The position numbers and the translations under genes were made by a program. Below the pieces are notes generated by a model. It had not been told where the DNA came from, ran no database searches, and saw only the letters and a list, made by a program, of their open reading frames with translations. A DNA stretch of 63,839 bases, filler included, from Choristocarpus tenellus KU-1152 (taxonomy: Eukaryota; Protista; Phaeophyceae), in NCBI GenBank assembly GCA_964200185.2. It is 13 parts of 13 records of this genome, joined end to end, with 100 filler letters (N's around TTAATTAATTAA, not from the genome) between each part and the next. Parts side by side here need not be neighbours in the genome. Positions count along the whole stretch, not along the records: positions 49,347 to 57,079 come from CAXNAD020005666.1; positions 57,180 to 61,218 come from CAXNAD020016538.1; positions 61,319 to 63,839 come from CAXNAD020027115.1; 10 more parts are not named here. One strand, written 5' to 3'. Shown in pieces: positions 50,941 through 62,339 of the stretch; within the stretch, counting starts at the first letter, position 1, and each line of letters opens with the position of its first letter.

Positions 50941-51211
50941 TGCCCATATTATCCTAGAGGAGTGGCGGTCGTCCATTGGGGGCCTTTGCGACCCTGTAGC
51001 GATTTTCATGAAATTAGATTAATTGTGCCAGATATAAGGGAATCTTCCTTTATCTTGACGCATATCTTCCTTTTCCATCCCCCTACCTGAACCAAATCCG
51101 AGGATATTTCAATCGCAAAACGAGCATCAAACTGGGGAGTTTTCAACAACCCATCAAGCCCCGAATGGGCAACCTGATCTAAATCCTCCCCCCTCTAGGA
51201 TACTATGTGCC
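50941..51211 (+). mobile_element. MITE subfamily C
   Basis: TIRs TGCCCATATTATCCTAGAGG / CCTCTAGGATACTATGTGCC (17/20 match); subterminal GTCCATTGGGGG; interior shared with 24385-24661. Confidence 0.65.
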
Positions 51212-52439
51212 ATTAAACCCTGAGACCGACCAGTGACTAGAGAGAGAGGCACCATCAGAGAGAATATACACTGTAGATTGGTCTACTTACGCACAGGTCA
51301 GGTATCATCATTATTATGAAGCGGGGGAAAAACATTTTAGTTTAATAAATCTCACAAGAACCGCTCTTTTGAGGGGTTGACTGGAGCATCCTTTTCTTGC
51401 ATTGGTTGTGCACCCCCTATGTGTGCAACCCTACTACTTCAACCAAGAAAAAAATCGTTGTACGTCTGTCTGAGTGACTGCCTGACTGGGTAGAACGTAC
51501 CTGGTAGCTTTTCCCACGCCTGAAACTACACTACTGCAAGCTGTGAATATCTTCAGAACTCCAGAAGCCCAAAAATGGTAACCAGAGGATAATTAAAAGG
51601 GGGGTCCTTCGCTTTGCTTGCACCCAGTGCTGCGCACTTGCTTGCTTAATAAATACCCCAGTACATATATTATTATGCCCTCCCTGACATTTGCAGATTT
51701 GTTAAGGCGGGGGGGGACCGAGACCAAAACTATATGATAAGGACAACTGCAGACGATACAATAGTTGTCGTCAATGCTAAGATGCCTCCATAATATATTC
51801 ACCATTTGAAAGCTAACGATATTACAATTGCTTAATTGCTGAATTGTCTATGTTATTCTTAGCTGAATGGTACAATAAATGATACTCGAAAACAATTATG
51901 CAGTTAGGTGCTATCATGGAGAAGGAACTAACAAACAACATACTCAAATCCCTGGTCAAAGACAAAACAAAATGATTTTAAAAGAATATATTTGGCAACA
52001 AACTCAGAAAATATAATGCACAACCGTAACAAATACATTTAGAATAATGTGCAGACGATAATTATCAGGAAAATACCCAGACAAGAATAACGACAAAGAC
52101 TCACGAAAACAACAAAATTTATGGAAAGAAGAAGGATAAACTTGTTGAAATATTCCATACTGGACCCGCGGCTTCGTGTTTTGATGAAAGACAATAAGTA
52201 GCTTAAGAATGTAGATATGCAAAGTTAATATTACAAAGGGCTTATGGTCTCGATTCCGCTGACTGAATTTGTGGGTGAGACGAGTGTAAACTACCATGTG
52301 GGATTTGTAACCTCCACATGATGATCAGAAAATAATAATATCTACTTGCTATAGGTGGCATATATGATATATCATCAACGGATGATCCAATATCAGGTCC
52401 CTACCATACATGAACGTTGCGTAGAGCTCAACTGAAATA

Positions 52440-53340
52440 TACGCAAACACATATCTGGCTCTACCTTTCCTCCACCACTCCACCAGTGGTGTCTGCATTT
52501 CCTAATCTACTCCACCGATGGTGTTTATTGTGTATCAGCAGCACTATATACGAAAAAACTTGAGTACAACAACAAGAGGTCTTGTACCAATACCTTGATT
52601 TACCAAGTAATCGGTTGCAGTATGCACCAGTACCAGTACAAAAGTTTCGTACCACCCCGCTATTAATTCAGAAAGACCCAGGGCTTTTCACGGGCCGGCA
52701 AATTACCCGGCCCATCGCCTGGACCAGTCTCACAATTGTTTAACGTATTATCCTGGTCCATGCCCGTTCCCGTGAATTGGAAGTAACAGGTCGAGGCACA
52801 CCAAAACAGAGAAGAAAAACAAACTAAAATAGCATACAAAAGCACACACATACACAGGACCATGACAGACGACAGAACACCAGCACCGGTGACAAGGAGA
52901 TGCGCCCTATTAACATTGTCTCTATGTCGTACCTTTCCTTCATGGGCCCTGTCGCCGTGTAGTTTGCCCTTAGTATTAGAGAAATTATTTTTTTCGGCTT
53001 CAACCAAGGTGTCAGTGTTCAAGAAGCTGATGCTCTTAAGACTTTTGTATATAAATGACTTGATTGATTTCTTAGTGGGTTGGACACGTCGTAGATGAAG
53101 TGAGGAAGGAGAAAGAAGGAGTGAGCCTTCATGCCCAAGGGGGAGTTTGTTGCCACCAAATCAATCCTATTCTGTCGATCACTATTCACTGATAAGAGAT
53201 TACTTGCTACAATATTTCCTATTTCTCGACTCTTCCATATTCTAATTCATTAACCCATACCTATCTATCTTCTATTCTTCAGAGCACAAACATGGTCTCT
53301 TCCATCATAAGATTTATTTCTTACTTAATCTACTTCATCA
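52440..53340 (-). mobile_element. Decayed LTR-retrotransposon relic related to the copia element at 57203-60052
   Basis: 53046-53150 (TGTATATAAATGACTTGATTGATT...GATGAAGTGAGGAAGG...GAGTGAGC...CCAAGGGGG) aligns with 59698-59800. The adjacent junction sequence is also similar. Confidence 0.5.
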
Positions 53341-54875
53341 CGATATTAAAAGCCTGTTCTTGATAGTGGTTGAAGGCAGCTTCTATGCTGTTTTCTGCTT
53401 TTGAGTAAGCTCGTTGTTGCTGCTTGCTGTTGTTTGAAGAAGATTATTATTTTTATTTGTGACCAATTTGTCAACCATAAAATTCTCCAATGTTTGTCCT
53501 TGCAGGATGGACAACACAGGACATCTTGCTGCTTGAGCACCCCCTCCTCTTTCCGATTTGCTTCTTCTGACCATTGGTTGCAAATAATCCGTTCACAACC
53601 CATACCAACATTGATACAAGATGGTTGTCCAATTTGAAGGTAGGATTCACCATCATGTTTGAAACAGTCATCGGTCAAGTTGACAAGTGAATGAGGATGT
53701 AGTCCACGTTATGGTAATCGGTTTCCTTAGGATCGACATATCGATGTAGGATGTGGGGGGACCTCGAGTCGGAAGTCTTTTTACAGACTCTCACCTTCTT
53801 AGGGGGGGTGTTGGGGATTCTGTAAGGGACATGGAACAATCGAGAACAACGAAGAAGAAAAAAAATCGCCCGAAATTTCAAAATCACGATTCTCACTTCA
53901 AAGTTTGCATTTTTCCGCCCCGAAATGTCAGAAAATATCAGATTTCCTCGCTATTTTTCTCTTTTTCAGGTTAATCCGAACCGTAACATGTCCAAAACAC
54001 CTCAAACAATCATGAAAAACTAAACATTCAAAGGAATTTAATGTAGGGGAAGTGTATGAAGAAGTCTGAGTTTTGTGAGCGGGAGAATTCGTAGAATGGA
54101 ATACGGATGGTTAAGGTGAAGTATTGGCAGCAGCAAAAAGAAAAGGATTGGAAGGTGGACAAGGAGTTAAGGACGCCTCTACGACTGAATTTTTGCTGCT
54201 CTAACCTTTGATCGGAGTCGAGTTTTTCATCGAAATAAAGCTTGATGTGACCCTTGAATCACTCCTAACATTATATGATTTGGAGTTGGTTGTGGTGTGA
54301 TGGGGAAGAGGGCGATTTTCCTCACTAAAATCAAGTTATTTAGACATCCGTCCGTCCGTCGTCCAGTATCTGGTTTGGAGGGCTGATTCTCCTCTCCCAG
54401 GACGAGTTCTTCCACAGTAGAAGAGTCGTGATCCTCCATGTCTCATTTGTCTGTGCGTAACCCTAAACTATTCATTGTTATTGTAGCTCCACTATTATGC
54501 CTAAAAACTCATCAGACATCAACCAGCCAGCCAGCCCTTGTCGTCGACCTTGGTCAAGAATACACGCTCTCCGTCGCAGTCGCGACCTCCCTCTTTGATT
54601 TCTTGTTCAGCAGCGATTGGCTGATCGACTTGATCAAGCGTGAGTCCCCCTCTTGACACACCACAATCACCAGCGCGTACACTCTGTCCAACCTCAGCCT
54701 TCAACTTCTGTGAAACTTGAAGCCCAGAGATAGAGACCGCACCACGATATCCAGCATGTCCTTCGACAGAGGGACTTCCGCAGCCATTGTGCCGAGTTCT
54801 GCGTGGACACTCTACGTTCGTAGTGAGCTGCGTGCGAAGGTCAAGCTCCAAAGGCCTCGCACAGTATGTTGTTAA

Positions 54876-55491
54876 CAGTCAACTCTATATGATAGTATCA
54901 CAGGTCTTGATTAATTTCGAGGTGATGTAAGGTGATCTGATTGACGATCAGCGTATCAAATTAAAGCTGAGATCATAAGCAATCGATCGTTGCAAAGAAA
55001 TCTGGTCGCAAAAAATACCTTGACATGATTTTCAGCTATTTTTATTTTTTTGGCAAATCAACCGAAACTTTCGGCATGTCCTAACTCAACACGAAGTAAT
55101 TTGCGAACAGATTTGAGTCAAAGTATCTTAGAGGGTAGAGCCGCGTCCATTTTGGGGTTAAAATCCAATGTTCCTATTTTGTTGTAATTCTGACTATCGT
55201 GTTTTATTGCAAGTGTCAATATCCTTGTTCCGCACACACCTTTTCATAACATAAATTTTACCTACTCCGAAACATATCGGAGTAGAAAAATGTCATAAAA
55301 CACCTGTGGGAAGCCAAGCCCCAAATGGACAAACAGGGCAAAACTCGTACTCTCTAAGATATTTTCACTCATTTATTTACGCCAATCGACAGCATTTGGT
55401 CTCAGCTTTAATTTGATACGCTGATCACCGATCAGGACACCCTACATCACATCGAAATTAACCAAGGCCCGTCTTATCCTAGAGTCAACTG
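54876..55491. mobile_element. Long-TIR (~115 bp) non-autonomous element hosting a nested MITE A
   Basis: 54876-54990 is the reverse complement of ~55380-55491 (e.g. GATCAGCGTATCAAATTAAAGCTGAGA / TCTCAGCTTTAATTTGATACGCTGATC). The CAGT...ACTG termini are Tc1/pogo-like. Confidence 0.8.
55115..55370 (+). mobile_element. MITE family A, full copy. Partial copies also at 15082-15113 and 61319-61405
   Basis: Same TIRs; TSD ATTT. Confidence 0.92.
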
Positions 55492-55552
55492 CCTACACTA
55501 TAGAAGGCAGAAGAGGTAGTAGAGAAATTAGAGAAGTGATTAGATGTATATT

Positions 55553-56403
55553 GGGGAGGTAGGCCTTAGACGCACCCTCAGGCTTGGGGAACTAAGTTAA
55601 ATATGTCTCACTTCATTTTCTAAACGTTTACCGAACCATTTTGACGTCATTGCGGGCACATTTTGCATCATTTTCGAACCATTTTGACACATTTTCTAGA
55701 CGTTTTGAAGACATTTTCACATATTTCTAGCGATATTGCTTGGATATTTAGTCTTGTTTTGGGGGATTAATTTGGGTATGTTTTTGACCATGATCAAACC
55801 ACTCTGTACCATGTTTTTGATTACAATTTTGACGTGCTTTTGGGGGCATGTTTAGACATTTCTACATCTTTTTCGCGATGTTTCTTGGATATTTAGTCAT
55901 GTTGGGGGGGGATATCAATGTTACCCCATGCCAACAAAAAATACAGGACTAACTGTGCAAACACACCACGAACAGTGAGCATTGGAAAATACATGTTTAA
56001 AACACAACCAAAACATGGTACAAAGCGATCTAATCATGCCCGAAAACATCCCCCAAAACATGACCAGATGTCCAAGAACTATCGCGAAATCGCGAAAAAG
56101 ATGTGAAAATGTCGTTTTAAAAGTCCCAAAAACGTGTCAAAATGGCAACCAAATTCATGGTACAGAGTGGTTTAATCTTGCCCGAAAATATCCGCAAAAC
56201 ATGACCAAATGTCAAAGAAATATTGTTAGAAATGTGCGAAAATGTTTTTTAAATGTCCCCAAAACGCGTCAAATTGGTTCGAAAACACAGCAAAATGGGT
56301 CTACGATGAAGTCAAAATGGTTCGGTAAATGGTTTGGTAAATGAGGAAATATTTCACATGTTCCCCAAGCCTGGGGGTGCTTCTGAAGAGGGCCATACTC
56401 CCC
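55553..56403. mobile_element. Foldback element with ~360-bp imperfect inverted arms and internal subrepeats (MULE/Foldback-like)
   Basis: GGGGAG...GCACCCTCAGGCTTGGGGAAC...TTTACCGAACCATTTTGAC mirrors GTCAAAATGGTTCGGTAAA...GTTCCCCAAGCCTGGGGGTGC...CTCCCC. Short central spacer. Confidence 0.8.
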
Positions 56404-57202
56404 TGTGTACATCAGAGTGGTAGGTGGAGGCACGAGGTAGGAAGGAACCAGGCAGAACTAAAGGCAAAGCTAAGGGTGATGGTGCACGACAAACAGAGTA
56501 AGATCAAGCCAACCTCCGAGCAATCTTCTACCCACTCATTCGATTGTTCACAATCGAGTGGGATGCTGAGGAAGGGGGAGGAGGTCAAGTTCAGGCGGGG
56601 TAGATGTCTTCTTCTAGTTCAAAGGCATACATTATTGAAGTGGATGATGGAGGGGTGTTCTTTTAAATTAATTAGGAGTGTTGTAGAGTAGTGTTACCAG
56701 AGAAATGTGGAGTGTTCTGGAGTGGTGTTGAGTGATGTGGTGTAGTGGAAAGTAGTGGAAGTGTTATGATGAAAGGTGGGTGGATTTGTGGAAATTGGTC
56801 GTATTGGTTGGTGACTAGAAACTGGTGGCGAAGATTGGTTGCACTTGTCGGTCATCTGATATGGTTGGTGACTGGAAATCATTAGCAAAGATTGGTCGCA
56901 ATGATTGGTCTCTGGATATGTGGAATCAGCTGTTAGATTAGACTCTTCCAACTATATCGGACAGTTACGCGGACAGTTACAGAGTAACGGAACAATCAAT
57001 TAGTGGTTGAGTTATCAGAACCGTTTACTAGTGATTAGTTGAAGGAGAATCTTTCTCATATAAAAGAAAATATTTCTAANNNNNNNNNNNNNNNNNNNNN
57101 NNNNNNNNNNNNNNNNNNNNNNNTTAATTAATTAANNNNNNNNNNNNNNNNNNNNNNNNNNNNNNNNNNNNNNNNNNNNCCCCCCCCCAGATACTTTGGG
57201 TC

Positions 57203-60052
57203 AATCCAAACCCACTTTTTCCGAAGACACGCCTTTTGAAGTCTTTCCCCCTGGAACCTCTTTTTCCGATCCCAAAGAAATTTCCTCCAGCACCAAATCT
57301 TCAGTGCTCGGTCCAAAGTCGTCTTGTTTCTTTTTTTCTCCTCCAAGATTCCATCCCCAGTCTTGTTACTCCTAGAGACAAAATAAGGTCCCCAAACACA
57401 GTCACGCAAGTTGACTATTTGTCTCTCTGTTGCGTTGGGTACTGGTTTCCAATGAGCCTTGCCAATAGCGCACCCCTTGCAGTATTGTTGCCACTCTCCA
57501 GTGAGATTGATCCCACGTTCCTTGGCATACCTGTGTACCATCGCCTCATGGCAATGACCCAGCTAATGATGCATTTGATGTATGTCCATATTCCTAGTGG
57601 GTCTCATTCACCCACTCAGCCCCCATGGGGCAGTGACAAATGCTCCAGACTCACCCTGGGCGAGCTCATCAAATGCTACAACATCCTCCTCTGACGTTGC
57701 TTGGGCTCCAGTCGATCGTTCCAGATCAACTTGTACTGCAGTCAATTCTGGGGGAGGCCTCTGCTCATCAATAGTCCCCCCTGGGTCGATGGCATCTTCT
57801 CCTGAAGCCCCCTCAAGGGTATTCACTCCTGTCGCTGCAACATCCTCCTCTGACATTGCAATCTCCTCAGATTGTCCACCTGTGACGGTATCTCCTCCAG
57901 CCCTTGTCAGGGCGAGTGCGTCTGTTCCCGCCTCCCCCTCGGCTAGAACTAGTCCTGACACAATCCTCTTTGTCATGTCAGGTACTTCAGGTAGTTGTCT
58001 TGAGGGCAGGTCAGGAATTCTCAAGAAGCTTCTTCGATTAGCTTTCAATGTAAACAATCCATAACTGTTCCCACTTGTCTTCACAAATTCCAATCCAGGT
58101 CCACCAGAAGAAGGGGTTGATCGCAGAGAATTTTCCCCTTTCCAATATAATTCTCCACCTGATTATTCCCCCGCTTGTATCATTGAGAAGAGATTAAATT
58201 TTAACCCAGGAACAAATGTCACATTGTGCAAGATAAAGTTTGAACTTTCTCCATTCTGTACACAAGATAGTGACAAATTACCTATGGCTGAAACTTGTAG
58301 AACCTCTCCATCCCCAACAGTCACCGATGTCCCTACCACAGGTTTTGGATCTATCAGAGCAGTAGGATTGTTTGCCATATGAACCGACCACCCCCTGTCA
58401 AAGAACCAAAGTTCATCCACTTTCACAATACTCCATCATTGCACACCGATGAGAATCCTCCAAGCTGAACTGGTGTATCATTAGCTTTCTTTTCACCATC
58501 ACCAGCTTCACCAGTGTTGCTTGCATTGCTACTCCCCTTCCCTTTACCATTGTTCTTCTTCCTTCGGGGAGCTTGTCCGGACGATTGTTGACCCGATTCT
58601 CCCAAACACCCAGCGCGTTTGGGACAATTGTAAGCCTTGTGTCCTTTGGCTCCACAGACATAACAAGAACCTGTATAAGATCCAGAACGGGATGAAACAA
58701 TGGTGGGACAAGAAGATTGATAGTGTGGTCCTCCACACTGCAATCAGCTGTTCCATTTCTCGATCGGGGACCTCCAACCATCATTGCACCGCCATTGTTT
58801 CCCACTCGTCGATTGAGCTGTCGTTTACGAAGTTGATAGGTTTCGCAAACACGTTTTTGGAGATCCATCCGCGCTACCCGACCATAACCTGTGACCTGGC
58901 GAATCTCAATGAAGTATTCCTCAGTCAAACAATTATGCATGGCACTCAATTGCTCCTCTTCACTGGGTCCATCTTCCAGGGATCGCATTTTCTTCACTTT
59001 GATATCCAGTTCCATGATGACTGTAGACGGATCCTCACCAGCAGGTAAATGTAAAAAATTGAACTTCGATCGCATGTTGGCCTTTTCGGTGATACCACTT
59101 CTCCTAAAGTGGTTCCTTAAAGCTTGGAAAGCTTCGGAAGGACTGTCATGGTTGCTCGCCACGTTTTCCGTGAACCCATCCAAAGCCATCACCAGAGCAG
59201 CCATCGCCATACTCGGCTTACCTATTTCACGTTCAGACCATCTTGACTCGTCAAAGGAATCACTGCTGACTCTGATGTGATCATCAGATAGCAGCATATC
59301 CTTCCATCCCCCCATGGCAGCACAAGAAAGAAATTTTCGCTCAAACATGGCAAATCCATCACCCTCATCATCGCCACTGTAGACCTTGAACGTTGATGGC
59401 AATGGAATCGGTCGTTTTAATCTTGCGGCCCGTTGGAACCCCCTGTTGCACGGTTCTGCTAACCGCCCCTCTGTCTTCTTCATCCCCAGACTCGACCACC
59501 TCTCCACCTTCTTCAACTGGTGTTGCAGGTGTCGTGTCTCCATACTCCGCTCTTCTCGAAGTATGTCTTGTGTAACCGACGGCCTCCTCCATCGGGACTC
59601 CCCCTCAAATCGATTTAACGCTAGCCTTGAGAAATTAGCGCAATTCAATATGTCGTGCTAGCTAGCATGTTAAAGAAATTGGTGTTCCCAAGACTTGTGT
59701 ATGTAAATGACTCGATTAATTCCTTGTTATGCAGAACAGGTTGTACATGAAGTAAGGAAGGTGTAAGAAAGGAGAGAGTGAGCTTCAAAGCTCCAAGGGG
59801 GTCATTGCCTTACGATTCACATATTCTAATAGCACGTCACTCAGTCCATGATTAGTTGCTATGTTACTTGCTAAAACATTCCTTTTCTAGGATTTTTCTT
59901 GTTGTACTATAATAACCCGGACAATATTTTCGTTGTCACCTGACAAAAAAACATTACTATCAATTATCCCATCATCCAACAATAGTTCAACAACTCAATG
60001 TTTCTCCTACAGAATCATATTTTACACACGAATAAAAAGCATATTCTTAACA
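57203..60052 (-). mobile_element. Ty1/copia LTR retrotransposon, 5' portion, degenerate (putative LTR ~60052-59696; gag 59648-58430; protease 58426-58163; pre-integrase ~57600-57420)
   Basis: Gag with a UBN2-like region (SPSEAFQALRNHF...FNFLHLPAGEDPS), Zn knuckle CYVCGAKGHKAYNC, copia protease WFFDRGWSVHM...HNVTFVPGLKFNLFS, and integrase Zn region ..CKGCAIGKAH. Domain order is gag-PR-IN, with frameshifts. The LTR has TG...CA ends. Confidence 0.9.
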
Positions 60053-60161
60053 ATGTACCTTCTATCTTAGAGTCTCTTCAGTCTTTCTAATATATATTGT
60101 CGCTCTCCTGGCGTAATCTTACTGTGACGCAACACCAAGACGAACGTATATTCCAAGCACA

Positions 60162-61132
60162 TCAAAAGAAAAGACGAATGTCACTCTGGTCTGTTTTTTT
60201 CCTCGAGTCGGCCTTGATACATTCCACTTTTGTCTTCTGCAGCAGAAAGGACATTTGGTCCATGCATCCCTGCGCAGCTTGCGCTTCCAACTTGCTAAAC
60301 AACTCCCCTACATGCTCATACGGCACTACTCGTCTAGGTTCGGGAACCTCGGGAACCTTGGACCCTTTGAGAGACTTTGCTTTCCCTGATCCCAGTCTCG
60401 AATCGAGTTGCTCCATGATTTTCTTTTCTTCACCCCGGATTTTCCTCACCGTCCTTTCAGCGATGTTGAATTTTTCTGCGACGAAGGCAACTTTGAGCTT
60501 CTTGTTCTTGAGGTGGTACTTCTGACTTCGTGTTCAACGTCAAGTTGGACCGCTTTTTTCCATGGCCCCTCCTGGAAGGGGCACTAGGTTTCTGCCCGCG
60601 GCTGCCAGCTGCAGCACCAGATGAGCTGCCGTTCAGCGAGCCGAGCGATGAAGTCGATAACAATGCACCCTTGCCGTCAGCGTCCGCGACTTGCTGCAGT
60701 GCCAAGCACTGTCCCTCACTCAAATGTTTGCAGTCATCGTCAAGTTCGGGATACCTTATTACACCACATATACCATGGAGGTGTTCGTGTTTAGAGCTGC
60801 TGATACACTATAGACACCACTGGTGGGTTATGTGATAGGGTAGAGAGCCAGTGACAGATATGTTATATGTACTGACTCATAGTGTTGATTTGTTCTATCA
60901 TGTTCGAGATACACTTCCTATACTTAAGTAAATAAGTAATTCATAGTAACCTTACTCATCTATATTAAGCTGTTCTTTGTCCTTCATTATAGCACCATTA
61001 AAGCCGCGGGTTCAGTGTGGGATAGTTCAACAGGAGGTACCTACCGCACTTACGGCACTTGTGGATTGTGTAGAAAGGCGAACCCGATGTGTTTGAAGGC
61101 ATCTTGCAGAGGTTTCCCGCTGCACAAGGCAT
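60162..61132 (-). pseudogene. Internally deleted pogo/Tigger-like transposase: N-terminal Cys/His finger, CENP-B/psq HTH and C-terminal PIP box, with no DDE domain
   Basis: MPCAAGNLCKMP...HKCRKCGRYL[solo LTR]HGICG...KRSNLTLNTKSEV(fs)HLKNKKLKVAFVAEKFNIAERTVRKIR...KVPEV|PEPRR...KKTDQSDIRLFF*. Confidence 0.7.
60782..61032. mobile_element. Solo LTR (251 bp) inserted in the pogo-like ORF
   Basis: TGTT...AACA termini; perfect 5-bp TSD GGAGG (60777-60781 and 61033-61037). Excision restores the codons Y-L-H-G-I-C-G. Confidence 0.88.
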
Positions 61133-62339
61133 GGCTTCCACTTTATACCCCTACCAGCAACGTATTGTACTGCTGTATGGTAGCATGACCCAGGAAGAAG
61201 GGCACTTTTCGCGAGAAANNNNNNNNNNNNNNNNNNNNNNNNNNNNNNNNNNNNNNNNNNNNTTAATTAATTAANNNNNNNNNNNNNNNNNNNNNNNNNN
61301 NNNNNNNNNNNNNNNNNNCACGATAGTCAAAAATACATCAAAATTGGAACATTGGATTTTGACCCCCAAATGGACGTGACTCTACCCTCTCAGATACTTT
61401 GACTCCGAAGTAACATTACTCCTGCTCGAGACCAAGCACCCCCACAGGAAAAACCAGACAAAAAACGCGTACACGCTGAGTCTAAACATCATTTTTGTGA
61501 ATTTCCGGGATGTCATGCTAGATCTAGAAGAGGCCACAGTACTGTTGTGAAAATGATCTAGTTGTGAAAAAGTAGTCGGTCCCGGTGAGGATTGAACTCA
61601 CGAAGAGCGTTGTTTCTTCAACCCAAATGGCGAAAATTACAAACCTGATTATCGTCCTCGCACGTTTGATAACCCCAACCCCAAAGCCCCCAACGAGATG
61701 ACGCAACAATTCATTGCAGCCCTTTCTGCTTCGTTGTCAAAACAAGGGTCAATGAAGGAATCTACTCCCCAAGATAAGACTAGTCAGGGTACTTCAAAGG
61801 GAGATGGGGAAATCAAGAAGCGTGTATAGGGGTGCCCAGCAGAAGTAGCTCCCTCTTCTTGGGTTGGGTCAGAGTCAGAGTTTATTGATAGGGCTTCTCA
61901 TTTAGGAGGTGTTAATCCATTGGTTTCCTTACCAGTAGTGAGCAATGTTGCGGCAACTTGTCACTCAGATAGGCTAAATAAAGCAATACAGGGGCAACAC
62001 CTGCCTGAACCAAATCTTTGCCATTTTTCTTTGGGATCCGACCCAGAAGTGGACAACCAACCAAGTTGTTCACCAAACCGGCCACTTGATGAATTTGAAC
62101 AAACACTGTCTCAATCAAATCATTCTAACCATTCTTTGGGCTCCAACCCTGCAGTGAAAAAAACTACAAAGGCTAATCACCCAAATTATAATCCACTGCC
62201 TCGGACTCATTTTGTTAATGCAATAACATCGTCAGCAGTGAAGCATTCTTCCAAATTTATTGGAACAGTGGGTGAAGACTTTGTAGCATGGCGTGTGTGT
62301 TGCACCAAGTCAGTGTGTTGACATGAATCTGCAATTCAA

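Noticed and set aside
8807-61318. Regularly recurring TTAATTAATTAA palindrome flanked by Ns
   Set aside because: It is an artificial six-frame-stop contig linker. Gene neighbourhoods across linkers (e.g. RMND5 next to CDT1) are not biological, so no gene cluster can be inferred.
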